The notes below the pieces were generated by a model. That model searched no databases. It saw only the letters and a program-made list of their open reading frames with translations, and was not told where the DNA came from. Both the position numbers and the translations under genes were made by a program. Below, one piece after another: positions 10,097 through 20,193 of a DNA stretch of 64,000 nucleotides; the stretch's first letter is position 1; every line of letters starts with the position of its first letter. Source of the stretch: an uncultured Spirochaetia bacterium (GTDB lineage: Bacteria; Spirochaetota; Brachyspiria; Brachyspirales; Brachyspiraceae); contig CAMRBQ010000007.1 of assembly GCA_947040495.1 (NCBI GenBank), forward strand, positions 4,623-68,622, read 5' to 3'.

Positions 10097-12691
10097 ATGT
10101 ATGAATTAATGATTAATGGTAAAAAATATAATTGTGAGACTAACAAAAATCTACTTTCTTATTTGAGAGATGATTTACATCTTACAGGTGCAAAAAATGC
10201 ATGTGGCAATGGTGCTTGTGGGGCATGCTCTATTATTGTTGATGAAAAATTAGTACGCTCTTGTGTATTTAAAGTAGAAAAAATGGTTGGTAAAAATATC
10301 ACAACTATAGAGGGCATTAGTCAAAAAGAAAAAGATACATATACATATGCCTTTGCACATGCTGGTGCTGTACAATGTGGATTTTGTATACCGGGTTTTG
10401 TAATTGCTTCAAAAGTGCTCCTTGATACAAATAGTAATCCTAGCGAAGATGAAATAAAAAATGCTATATCTAGTAATATATGTAGATGTACTGGATATGT
10501 AAAAATTATAGATGCGATTAAACTTGCAGCAAAAATATTATCTGGCGAAGAAAGTATTAAAACAGAAGAGTATAGTGGAAAGATTGGTACTCATATGCCA
10601 CGTCTTGATGCCAAAGAAAAAACTCTTGGAACAGGCTTATATGTTGATGACATGCATATTGAAGGGATGATATATGGTAGTGTTGTGCGTAGTAAATATC
10701 CACGTGCCCGTATAATTTCTATAGATACATCTAAAGCTAGTGCATTAGAGGGTGTCGAAACTGTTATGACTGCTGAAGATATACCGGGGGAGCGTTATAT
10801 AGGACATCTTGCTTTTCTTTCAGACTGGCCTGCTTTAATTGCGAAGGGAGAAATCACTCGCTATTTGGGTGATGGTATTGTTTTAATTGCTGCCAAAACT
10901 AAAGAGATATTAGAAGCAGCAAAGGCTTTGGTAGAGATTGAATATGAAGAGTTGCCACCTGTCGATAGTATAAAAACAGCATTAGATAAAAATTGTCCAA
11001 TAGTACAAGAGAGTAGCCCAAAAAATATTAAGACCAATATATTGGTAGAAAGACATCTTAAAAATGGAGATGTTGATGCGGCTATTAAAAACTCAAAATA
11101 TGTTGTAACAAATAAATATATCACACCAGCAACAGAGCATGCATTTATGGAACCTGAAAGTGCTATAGCAATATTGCAAGACGATGGCACAATGTTACTG
11201 TATACAGGTGCACAGGGTATTTATGATGAGCAAAGGGAAGTTTCATTGGTATTGGGATTTACTAAAGAGAAAGTAAGGGTTGTATCTCAATATGTTGGTG
11301 GTGGATTTGGTGGCAAGGAAGATATGAGTATACAACATCATACAGCTTTGCTTGCACTTAAATCAAAAAAGCCTGTAAAGATTACACTGACTAGAAGTGA
11401 AAGTATGATAGTGCATCCGAAACGTCATTTAATGGAAATGGAAGTTACAAGTGCATGCGATGAAAATGGTATGCTTACAGCTGTAAAGGCTGATATATAT
11501 GCAGATACAGGAGCCTATGCATCTTTAGGTGGGCCTGTTTTGGAGAGGGCTTGTACTCATGCTGTAGGTCCTTATATATGTTCAAATACTGAAGTTAATG
11601 GATATGCTCTTTATACAAATAATATGCCTGCGGGTGCTTTTCGTGGATTTGGTGTTTGCCAATCTAATTTTGCTACAGAGAGTAATATGAATTTGCTTGC
11701 TGAAAAAGTTGGTATATCTGCTTGGGATATACGCTATAAAAATGCTATTGTCGCTGGCAAATATATTTCGAATGGTCAGATTGCTGATGAGGCTACAGGA
11801 TTTGTTGAGACACTTTTGGCTGTCAAAGATGAATTTGAAAATAATAAATATGCAGGTATTGCTAGTGCCTTCAAAAATTCTGGTATTGGTATGAATCTTA
11901 AAGATACCGGTAGATGTCGTATTTTTATAAAAGATGGTAAAATAAATGTTGCTAGTAGTGCTGCTTGTATTGGGCAAGGTATTGCAACAGTTATGCTACA
12001 AATATGTTCTGAAATTCTTGATATGAAACCTGAAAACTTTATTATATTAGACCCAGATACAAGTGCTACACCAAATAGCGGTACAACAACAGCCTCAAGG
12101 CAAACTGTATTTACAGGCGAAGCAACAAGACAAGCCGCTTTACTTCTCAAAGAGGCATTAAAAAATAAATCACTTAATGAACTTGAAGGGCAAGAGTTTG
12201 CTACTGAGTTTTGTCCAGAGAGTGACCCACTTGATAGCGATAAAGAGAATCCTAAATTCCATGAGGCATATGGTTTTGCTACACATGTAGTAATATTAAA
12301 TGAAGATGGAACATTAAAAAAAGTTGTTGCCTCTCATGATGTTGGGCGTATTATAAATCCTCGTGCGATAGAAGGGCAAGTTGAGGGTGGTGTTGTGATG
12401 AGCCTTGGTTATGCTTTGACTGAAGATTTCCCACATGAAAAATCAGTCCCTACTATAAAAAAATATGCGGGGCTTAGATTATTCAAAGCAAATCAAGTAC
12501 CAGAGATTGTTACAACATTTGTAGAAAAAGGCGATATTAATTCAACTGCATTTGGAGCAAAGGGAATGGGTGAAATAGCATCTATACCTACTGCTGCTGC
12601 TGTGCAACATGCTTATTATAAATTGAATAAAGAGTTTGAAACAAAACTACCTTTGACAAATACTCCTTATGCAAAAAAGAAAACAAATTAA
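10097..12691 (+). CDS. Xanthine-dehydrogenase-family molybdenum hydroxylase with fused N-terminal 2x[2Fe-2S] domains (XdhD-like; selenium dependence inferred from context)
   Basis: N-terminal CGNGACGACS and CGFCIPG...CRCTGY Fe-S motifs, then a/b-hammerhead and molybdopterin-binding blocks (GGGFGGKE, FRGFG). Length 864 aa. Confidence 0.8.
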   Translation: MYELMINGKKYNCETNKNLLSYLRDDLHLTGAKNACGNGACGACSIIVDEKLVRSCVFKVEKMVGKNITTIEGISQKEKDTYTYAFAHAGAVQCGFCIPGFVIASKVLLDTNSNPSEDEIKNAISSNICRCTGYVKIIDAIKLAAKILSGEESIKTEEYSGKIGTHMPRLDAKEKTLGTGLYVDDMHIEGMIYGSVVRSKYPRARIISIDTSKASALEGVETVMTAEDIPGERYIGHLAFLSDWPALIAKGEITRYLGDGIVLIAAKTKEILEAAKALVEIEYEELPPVDSIKTALDKNCPIVQESSPKNIKTNILVERHLKNGDVDAAIKNSKYVVTNKYITPATEHAFMEPESAIAILQDDGTMLLYTGAQGIYDEQREVSLVLGFTKEKVRVVSQYVGGGFGGKEDMSIQHHTALLALKSKKPVKITLTRSESMIVHPKRHLMEMEVTSACDENGMLTAVKADIYADTGAYASLGGPVLERACTHAVGPYICSNTEVNGYALYTNNMPAGAFRGFGVCQSNFATESNMNLLAEKVGISAWDIRYKNAIVAGKYISNGQIADEATGFVETLLAVKDEFENNKYAGIASAFKNSGIGMNLKDTGRCRIFIKDGKINVASSAACIGQGIATVMLQICSEILDMKPENFIILDPDTSATPNSGTTTASRQTVFTGEATRQAALLLKEALKNKSLNELEGQEFATEFCPESDPLDSDKENPKFHEAYGFATHVVILNEDGTLKKVVASHDVGRIINPRAIEGQVEGGVVMSLGYALTEDFPHEKSVPTIKKYAGLRLFKANQVPEIVTTFVEKGDINSTAFGAKGMGEIASIPTAAAVQHAYYKLNKEFETKLPLTNTPYAKKKTN

Positions 12692-12754
12692 TTTATATAT
12701 TTATAAAAAAATATATAAATTAATTCTTATACAATATTAAATTAGAGATGTTTT

Positions 12755-14449
12755 ATGCAAGACATGTATCGTAAAATATATGATTTACAAAATAGTAGAT
12801 TAAATTTTGCTATAGCTACTATTGTCAGTAGTAAGGGTTCTGTCCCGAGAAATAATGCGAAGATGATTGTGCTAGAAGATAAAACTATATTTGGTACTAT
12901 TGGTGGTGGGTATTTAGAATTTTATACTATAGAAGAATCTGTAAAATCTATACAAAATAAAATATCGATGATGCTCTACTATAGACTCAATAGCGATGGG
13001 ACTAGTCACATCGCTTCAAATATTAATAGCGATAAAAAAAATATTGAAATGCTCTGTGGTGGTGAAGTTGATATATTTGTAGAATATGTGTCTTCTAAGC
13101 AGAATATATATTTAATCGGTGGTGGGCATGTAAATTTAGCATTGTCGGGATTGATTAATTTTTTGGGTCTTAATTATTATGTTGTTGAAGACAGAGAAGA
13201 TTTTCGTCTTAGAGATAAATATATAAATGCTAATTTTATTGTAGATAGTTCATTTGATAATGCTATTAAAAAAATAAAGTTTAATAAAAATGATATTGTA
13301 ATTATAGCCACATCAAAAAGTGATGAAGAGGCTTTTTTATCTATACTTAAAAATACTAAACGTATAGAAAATAGTCTTGCATTTTTTGGGATGATAGGCA
13401 GCAAAAATAAAGTATCAAGTTTAAGAAATAAGGCTATAAATACTGGCTTAATATCAAAAGATAGTTTAGATAAAATATTATCATCTCCTATTGGGCTTGA
13501 TTTGGGTGGAGAGAGCCCTGAATGTATTGCATTAAGTATCATGTCTCTTGTATTAATAAAAATAAATAATGCTAGCGGTAAAGATATAAGCCTTGGGGCT
13601 AAGTATAATAGTGAAAATAAAAATAAAAATGATAATATTATCGTAGTACGTGGTGCGGGTGATATTGCAACGGGTACTATTAAAGCATTAAAAGATTCTG
13701 GTTTTAATATTATTGCATTAGAGATAGAGGCTCCTACTGTTATAAGGAGTACAGTTTCTCTTGCTAGTGCTTTATATGAAAAAGAATATGAGGTTGAGCA
13801 TATAAAATCTATTTTGGTAGATACAGTAGTAGAGGCTATAAAGATATCCAAAGAAAAAAATATTGTGCCTATATTGATAGATAGAGAGATGTCGAGTATA
13901 AAAGAAATTAATCCTTTTGTACTAATCGATGCAACTATATCAAAAATTAATAGAGGGATAACTAAGGACTTGGCTGGTATTACTATTGCCTTAGGACCGG
14001 GCTTTGATGCTTCAAAAGATTGCCATTATGTTATAGAAACTATGAGAGGGCATACATTTGCAACTATTATAGATAATGGATATGCAATTCCAAATACTGC
14101 TGTGCCTGCTAATATTGGTGGGGAAAGTATTTTGAGGGTTATAAAAAGCCCAAAGACTGGCATAATTAAAAACAAAAAAAGTATAGGGGACATTATTTCA
14201 AAAGATGATGTCATTTGTACTATAAAATCTAATGATGATAAAGAATATCCTGTAAAGGCTCAAATTAATGGTGTGCTTAGAGGGATTATACGAGATGGCT
14301 TTGATGTTACAGAAAATTTAAAAATAGCGGACATTGACCCAAGAGGTCAAGTAGATAATTGCTTTACTATATCAGATAAATCTAGAACATTAGGTTATGC
14401 TGTACTTTCTTGCATATTAAAGCATGAAAATAAAATGAATGAAAAATAA
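12755..14449 (+). CDS. yqeB: YqeB-type molybdenum hydroxylase maturation protein (XdhC/CoxI-like N-terminal half fused to a YqeB-family C-terminal half)
   Basis: XdhC-like ATIVSSKGSVPR and a Rossmann GGGHV motif, followed by a second GAGDIATG domain. Length 564 aa; sits directly after the xdh gene. Confidence 0.65.
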   Translation: MQDMYRKIYDLQNSRLNFAIATIVSSKGSVPRNNAKMIVLEDKTIFGTIGGGYLEFYTIEESVKSIQNKISMMLYYRLNSDGTSHIASNINSDKKNIEMLCGGEVDIFVEYVSSKQNIYLIGGGHVNLALSGLINFLGLNYYVVEDREDFRLRDKYINANFIVDSSFDNAIKKIKFNKNDIVIIATSKSDEEAFLSILKNTKRIENSLAFFGMIGSKNKVSSLRNKAINTGLISKDSLDKILSSPIGLDLGGESPECIALSIMSLVLIKINNASGKDISLGAKYNSENKNKNDNIIVVRGAGDIATGTIKALKDSGFNIIALEIEAPTVIRSTVSLASALYEKEYEVEHIKSILVDTVVEAIKISKEKNIVPILIDREMSSIKEINPFVLIDATISKINRGITKDLAGITIALGPGFDASKDCHYVIETMRGHTFATIIDNGYAIPNTAVPANIGGESILRVIKSPKTGIIKNKKSIGDIISKDDVICTIKSNDDKEYPVKAQINGVLRGIIRDGFDVTENLKIADIDPRGQVDNCFTISDKSRTLGYAVLSCILKHENKMNEK

Positions 14450-15050
14450 AATCACAGCCATTATAATGATTGCAGGCTGTTCTTCTAGGTTTGGAAAAAA
14501 TAAACTTTTAATTCAATTTGGTGAAAAAAAACTCTGTGAATATATACTCGACTTGGTATATCATTTTAATTTTTATGATGTATTAGTTGTTTATAATAAT
14601 GATAAAATAAAATCTCTTGCCAAAGAACGTAAATTTAGATGCATCTATAACGCCTATGCAGAAAATGGTATGGGTACTTCTATAAAAATTGGCACTAAAA
14701 ATACAGATAGTAGTAGCGATGGATATTTATTTTTATCGGGTGATAGACCATTTCTAAATAGCGAACATTTGTATGCAATTGTAGAAAAGCATTTGGAAAA
14801 TAAAGATAAAATTATTGTGCCGTTTTTTAATGATAGAAGTTCAAGCCCTTGTTTATTTCCTAGTGTTTTTAGGCAAGATATACTTTTATTAGGCGACAAT
14901 GATGTTGGTAAAAAAGTAGTAAAGAGTAATTTGGATAAATATGTCAGAGTTGATTTTGATGATGATATTGCAGCATTAGATATTGATACAGAAAGTGATT
15001 ATCAAAATGCACTTCGCTATATAATACCTAATACTACAAAATCAGAATAA
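14439..15050 (+). CDS. MobA/MocA-like nucleotidyltransferase (YgfJ family, molybdenum cofactor cytidylyltransferase type)
   Basis: N-terminal IIMIAGCSSRFG..NKLL motif and a GDRP motif. The start overlaps the yqeB stop by 11 nt. Confidence 0.65.
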   Translation: MKNKITAIIMIAGCSSRFGKNKLLIQFGEKKLCEYILDLVYHFNFYDVLVVYNNDKIKSLAKERKFRCIYNAYAENGMGTSIKIGTKNTDSSSDGYLFLSGDRPFLNSEHLYAIVEKHLENKDKIIVPFFNDRSSSPCLFPSVFRQDILLLGDNDVGKKVVKSNLDKYVRVDFDDDIAALDIDTESDYQNALRYIIPNTTKSE

Positions 15051-15060
15051 TTAATATTTT

Positions 15061-16656
15061 CTATTTTGAATACTTAAGCACTTTACCATTAAGGCTGTCA
15101 GTATATTTTTTGCCATTAGAATATGCTATACTTCCATTTATTATAACATGCTCTATGCCATCTGGTGCTTGGTCTGGCTCCATAAATGTAGCTTTATCTA
15201 TAACAGTATCTGCGTCAAATATTGTTATATCAGCAAAATAACCTTCTTTGATAAGCCCTCTATCTTTAATTTTGAATATCTCTGCGGGCTTATTTGTCAT
15301 TTTAGATACAGCATCTTCAAGAGAGAAAACTTTCATATCTCTAGAAAATTTACCAAGAACACGTGGGAATGAACCAAATACTCGAGGATGTGGTTTGCCT
15401 GCTAGAAGACCATCTGTACAAAAACAGCATTCATCTCTTTGCATAAACTTAACCAAATGCTCATCTTTACCATAATAGTCATACATGCCGATAGCATTAT
15501 CTTCTTCATATAGTAAATCAAAAAGTGCTTCAAATGGTTCTTTGTTTTTAATTGCGGCTATTTCATTTAAGTTTTTGCCAATACAATCTTCATTTTTATT
15601 TGTTTTTACAGATGTTACATATATTCCATCAAAGCCCGCAAAATCAACAAAGTTATCCCAACCCGGTATACCATTTAATATATCATTTTTAATTTTTGCT
15701 CTGTCTTCTTTGTTGTTTAGTCTTTGAAGCAATTGGTCAGTTCCACCATTATGAACCCAAGGTGGTAAAAGAACACCAAGCATCGTGCTACCCGCAACAT
15801 ATGGATACATATCAAAACTCACAGGAATACCTGCTTCGTGGAATCTATCTACTTTTCTAAGTAAGTCATCAATTTTAGGCCAATTATTTTTACCACAAAT
15901 TTTGAAATGTGATATATGCATTTTTATTCCACTTTCACTTGAAATTTGGAATAATTCATCCATAGATTCCAAAATTCCATCGGCCTCAGAGCGTTGATGT
16001 ATAACAATAGGTACATCATATTTGGCAGCAATCTTAGATATCGCGATAACTTCTCTTGTATCTGAAGCAGCATGAGGGAAATATATTAAACCAGTTGAAA
16101 GTGCAAATGCACCATAACTCATTTCTCTTTCTACTACTTCGCACATTTTTTTGAGTTCATCATCGGTAGAAACTCGAGAATCAAGCCCCATTGCCTCCAT
16201 ACGGACATTACCATGTGGCACAAGATACATTACATTGCTAGCAGTACCATTTTTTTCTATTTGGTCTAGATATTTTTGTCCTGTAGTCCAATTCCAAGGG
16301 AATGCATCAGTATCGCCATCAAGACCTGCAAGGTTTTTTCTCCAAGGGCTTATATATTTTTCTGGCAATGGTGCTACAGAAAGTCCATCTTGGCATAATA
16401 TTTCTGTAGTTATACCTTGCATAATCTTTGGTGCAACATATTTATCTGTAAGTACAGCCAAATCAGAATGTGTATGTGTATCAATAAAACCGGGTGCAAC
16501 TATCTTGCCTTTAGCATCGATAATCTCTTCATTACCTTTTGGTTCTACTTTACCTATAGAAACTATTTTTCCATCTTCTATTAAAATGTCAGCATTATAT
16601 CTTTGTTTTTTACTGCCATCTATTATAGTTCCATTTTTTATAATTAATTTTTTCAC
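15061..16656 (-). CDS. N-acyl-D-amino-acid deacylase (D-aminoacylase) family amidohydrolase
   Basis: IIDGSK...DILIEDGKIVSIG...IVAPGFIDTHTHSD N-terminal architecture; 531 aa. Confidence 0.7.
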   Translation of the reverse strand: MKKLIIKNGTIIDGSKKQRYNADILIEDGKIVSIGKVEPKGNEEIIDAKGKIVAPGFIDTHTHSDLAVLTDKYVAPKIMQGITTEILCQDGLSVAPLPEKYISPWRKNLAGLDGDTDAFPWNWTTGQKYLDQIEKNGTASNVMYLVPHGNVRMEAMGLDSRVSTDDELKKMCEVVEREMSYGAFALSTGLIYFPHAASDTREVIAISKIAAKYDVPIVIHQRSEADGILESMDELFQISSESGIKMHISHFKICGKNNWPKIDDLLRKVDRFHEAGIPVSFDMYPYVAGSTMLGVLLPPWVHNGGTDQLLQRLNNKEDRAKIKNDILNGIPGWDNFVDFAGFDGIYVTSVKTNKNEDCIGKNLNEIAAIKNKEPFEALFDLLYEEDNAIGMYDYYGKDEHLVKFMQRDECCFCTDGLLAGKPHPRVFGSFPRVLGKFSRDMKVFSLEDAVSKMTNKPAEIFKIKDRGLIKEGYFADITIFDADTVIDKATFMEPDQAPDGIEHVIINGSIAYSNGKKYTDSLNGKVLKYSK

Positions 16657-16699
16657 TATTTTCTCCTAGTTTGAAATACTTTTTGAGAGAGTTTTAAAT

Positions 16700-18175
16700 T
16701 TATTCCTTACCAAAATCTATCGGAGGAAGGGCAGTCGCTCCCATTTTTCTATCAATTATAGAAACAACAAATATGCAAATAAATGCAACAGCACCGCCTG
16801 GAACAATCGCACTTATACCCCAAGGAGTACCAAATCCATAAATCCATATTGCAGCAACAACTGTACCCATAACAATTGAAATGAATCCACCACGCTCTGT
16901 AACATTTTTATAGAAGATACCACAAATAAATGCCGCAAATGGCCCAGCACTTCTTAAAGCAAATGCCCCCATCATAATGAAAATTATATTCTTAGAAACA
17001 AGAGCAATTATTAGCCCAACAAGACCAACAACAACCATTGCTATACGAGAAATCCAAATTTCTTTTTTATCATCTTTCATGCCATTATTTATATATGGTG
17101 TAAAAATATCATTTGTAAACATTGTTGCAGTTCCAATCATATTTCCTGATGCACTACTCATAGTAGCAGCAACTATAGAAGAAAGAACTAATCCTGCGAT
17201 AACAGGTGGTGTAAATGTTAGAGTTGCTTGTGCAAGTGCATTACTTTGATATTGATCGATATATCCATCTATACAAACATAAGCAATTAAACCAACCATT
17301 GCAGGAACAATAGCATAAACTGCTGAAAGAAGTCCCGCAATAATTGAACCAACTTTAGCAGATTTACCATCTTTAGCTGAACAATAAGTTTGAACAATTT
17401 CTTGACCTGTAGGAAATGTCATTGATAACATTATTACATAACCAAAAATAACAGGGAAGCCAATTTTTATCATTGATGTTAAATTCATTGGTGTGCCATC
17501 GGATGCTTTCATTTGCTCTGCCTTCGCAAACAGTGCAGAGATTCCACCAACAGCATTATTGTTAAGCATTATAAATAAAGCAATTGTCATCCCAACTGTT
17601 ATCATAATAACATGGAGTAAGTTTACAGAAGTTACTGCTTTATATCCACCGACCATTGTGTAAATAATAATTACTACAGTTGAAATTATTGCAGCAAGTT
17701 GGAAAGAGAACCCTGTTACAACATTAATTATAGTTGCGGTTGCAATAATTTGAACGCCAGTTGCCATAAACAAAGCACTTATAGATGTAATTGCTGTAAA
17801 AATATGAGAAGATTTACCATATCTCATGTTTATAATTTGAGGAACTGTATTTGCAGCAGCCCTTCTAAAATATGGTGCTATAAATGAAACAAGTACAAAA
17901 GCTACACCAGCAGCAATAACATACCAAGCTGAAGATAGACCATAAAAGAATACATTTGAGGCAACACCTGTTGTGCTTGCCCCACCTGTATTTGCTGCGA
18001 ATAATGTCCCAGCAAGAACAAAAGGCCCAATAGATTTACTTGCCATTAAGAAGTCGTCATTACTTTTCATTTTTGACTTTTTGTCTTGGTTATGTTTTAC
18101 CAAAAGACCAATGATAACTGTCAATGTCATATAAAGTAAAATAACAACCAAAGCAATAATTTGTGTATTATTCAT
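16700..18175 (-). CDS. Sodium:solute symporter (SSS) family transporter
   Basis: 491-aa polytopic membrane protein with SSS-like organisation (about 13 hydrophobic segments). Substrate unknown. Confidence 0.6.
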   Translation of the reverse strand: MNNTQIIALVVILLYMTLTVIIGLLVKHNQDKKSKMKSNDDFLMASKSIGPFVLAGTLFAANTGGASTTGVASNVFFYGLSSAWYVIAAGVAFVLVSFIAPYFRRAAANTVPQIINMRYGKSSHIFTAITSISALFMATGVQIIATATIINVVTGFSFQLAAIISTVVIIIYTMVGGYKAVTSVNLLHVIMITVGMTIALFIMLNNNAVGGISALFAKAEQMKASDGTPMNLTSMIKIGFPVIFGYVIMLSMTFPTGQEIVQTYCSAKDGKSAKVGSIIAGLLSAVYAIVPAMVGLIAYVCIDGYIDQYQSNALAQATLTFTPPVIAGLVLSSIVAATMSSASGNMIGTATMFTNDIFTPYINNGMKDDKKEIWISRIAMVVVGLVGLIIALVSKNIIFIMMGAFALRSAGPFAAFICGIFYKNVTERGGFISIVMGTVVAAIWIYGFGTPWGISAIVPGGAVAFICIFVVSIIDRKMGATALPPIDFGKE

Positions 18176-18250
18176 ATCTTAGTCCTTATTAATAAAATTA
18201 TAATCCACTCATGAATTATTCCATCTAGCAATCTATATAATTTTTTTATT

Positions 18251-19435
18251 CTATTTCAAAAATTCCTTAAAAATATAATAAAAACCATTACAAGTTTTAA
18301 ATAGCTGATCAAGTTCAACATATTCATCAATAACATGTGCTAAACTTTCTGTTGATGGTCCAAAACCAAATGTTTTAATATGTGCCTCTCCACCATAGTG
18401 AGAGCCATTTGTACAGAATGAATATTGTGTAATAGTTGGGTTAAGTCCAGATTCTTTTAAAGCACTTGCTGCCTTTTGTACGAATTCTTCATTTTCATCA
18501 TATATCCAACCGGGGAAAAATCTTTCTCCCTCTATTTTATTACCAGTATAGCAATCTTCTGTAGCCTTAGCATATGAAACAGTTGCTTTGAACTTTGGAT
18601 TTTCTTTAGTCATTATATCAATGAGTTCTTGTATAGGTTTTATGACCGATTCCATAGTTTCGCCAACAAGCAATCTTCTGTCATATGTAGCCCTACAATA
18701 TGATGGAACAACAGATGCACCAGGATATGGTGATGACTTTATATCTGTAAGTTCTAATATACCATCGCCAAGTTTTGGATGATTTGTAGGCTTTAATTCT
18801 TTTATACGCTTTATTAAATCAGCCATTAAATATACAGAATTCACACCTTTATGAGGGTTTGCAGAATGAGCAGGAACACCAAATGTTTCTACAACTATTT
18901 CTGCACGACCTCTTTGCCCAATTTTTAAATTTAATTCAGAAGCCTCTCCAATAAGTACATAATCAGGCTTTGTATATTCGCTTACTTTTCTAGCAGCAAT
19001 ACCTTCAAAACATTCTTCATGTACTACGCCTGCTACATGTAAAGTCCCTGCAAAGTCTTTTTTTGTATCTTCTGCAAAATAAGCACCCGCCATAATCATA
19101 GCAGCAACAGATCCTTTCATATCTGTTGTTCCACGACCATATAGTTTACCATCTGATACTTCGCCACCAAATGGGTCTTTCGTCCAATTATCATCTTTGC
19201 CTACTGGTACAGTATCTATATGTCCATCATAAAGGAATATAGGGCCAGGACGATTGCCTTTTATTGTTCCTATAATACTTCCATATTCATCAACATGAAC
19301 ATCATCGTATCCATTGGCTAAAAAAGCAGCCTTTATTTCAGATACAACTTTGCCCTCATTGCCTGAATAGGATTGAGCTTGTATCATTTTTTGTAAAACA
19401 CTAACTAATTTGTCTTCTCTTTCTTTTGCTAACAT
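18251..19435 (-). CDS. ygeY: YgeY-family M20 peptidase/deacylase (selenium-metabolism-linked hydrolase family)
   Basis: M20 motifs GHIDTV and GRGTTDMKG. The blocks RATYDRRLLVGET and FCTNGSHY...FGFGP align with E. coli YgeY as I recall it. Confidence 0.7.
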   Translation of the reverse strand: MLAKEREDKLVSVLQKMIQAQSYSGNEGKVVSEIKAAFLANGYDDVHVDEYGSIIGTIKGNRPGPIFLYDGHIDTVPVGKDDNWTKDPFGGEVSDGKLYGRGTTDMKGSVAAMIMAGAYFAEDTKKDFAGTLHVAGVVHEECFEGIAARKVSEYTKPDYVLIGEASELNLKIGQRGRAEIVVETFGVPAHSANPHKGVNSVYLMADLIKRIKELKPTNHPKLGDGILELTDIKSSPYPGASVVPSYCRATYDRRLLVGETMESVIKPIQELIDIMTKENPKFKATVSYAKATEDCYTGNKIEGERFFPGWIYDENEEFVQKAASALKESGLNPTITQYSFCTNGSHYGGEAHIKTFGFGPSTESLAHVIDEYVELDQLFKTCNGFYYIFKEFLK

Positions 19436-19498
19436 ATATACCCCTTAAAATGATTTAGTTATTAATAGATAAATTAAACTAATATTAAAAAACTTAAA

Positions 19499-19876
19499 TT
19501 AACTTAATTGTGCTATTGCATCTATTTCAACTAATGCATCTTTTGGTAGTCTAGCTACTTCTACAGTTGCACGAGAAGGGAATGGCTCTGAAAAGAATGT
19601 ACCATATACTTCATTTACAGAAACAAAATCATTCATATCTTTGACAAATATTCCACATCTTACAACAGCAGACATATCTACACCAGCTTCTTTTAATATA
19701 GCTTTGATATTTTCAAGACTTTGTTTTGTTTGTGATTTGATATCGCTAGGCATTTCAGATGTTTTTGGGTCTATAGGAAGCTGTCCTGAAACATATACCA
19801 TATTGCCACTTATAACAGCCTGTGAATAAGGACCTATGGCCTTTGGTGCATTTTCTGTGTTTATATTTTTTATCAT
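19499..19876 (-). CDS. ridA: RidA/YjgF-family reactive-intermediate deaminase
   Basis: [11 protein letters not shown]...SGQLP...[20 protein letters not shown] is the canonical RidA pattern; 125 aa. Confidence 0.9.
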   Translation of the reverse strand: MIKNINTENAPKAIGPYSQAVISGNMVYVSGQLPIDPKTSEMPSDIKSQTKQSLENIKAILKEAGVDMSAVVRCGIFVKDMNDFVSVNEVYGTFFSEPFPSRATVEVARLPKDALVEIDAIAQLS

Positions 19877-20161
19877 TATTTTTCTCCTAAGAATTTATAT
19901 TGTGTATTATATTATATATATATATTTTCATATGTCAATTTTTTTTATAAAATAAAATTATTTTGATTATAGTTAAAAATATATGATTAATTATATTTTT
20001 TATATAGATTTTTATATCTAAATACTATATAAATCTAAATTAAAGTATATAAGTAGTATTATGTATGAAATAGTTCATTCAAATTTTATTTTATATATAT
20101 TATAATTATGACAAAACTAGGAATATGTTTTTAGAAATAGACATTTAATTTTAGTTTGAGC

Positions 20162-20189
20162 TTGACAAAATTATATTTAAATATATAAT
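20162..20189 (+). promoter_or_regulatory. Sigma70-like promoter of the rubredoxin/FDP/SOR operon
   Basis: TTGACA (20162-20167), a 16-nt spacer, then TATAAT (20184-20189). Confidence 0.5.
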
Positions 20190-20193
20190 AAAC

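Noticed and set aside
13177-13851. 224-aa minus-strand ORF, together with similar long antisense ORFs at 16151..16669, 11582..12150, 39707..40153 and 10861..11190
   Set aside because: Each lies entirely inside, and antisense to, a well-supported gene (yqeB, D-aminoacylase, xdh, rplW/rplB). The translations are low-complexity Ile/Leu/Phe/Ser-rich, as expected for the reverse strand of AT-rich coding DNA.
3941-19876. Possible selenocysteine (in-frame TGA) recoding within the selenium-linked cluster
   Set aside because: Every cluster ORF is full length relative to the family size I expect, without needing TGA read-through. The selenium link in this family is a labile cofactor, not Sec.
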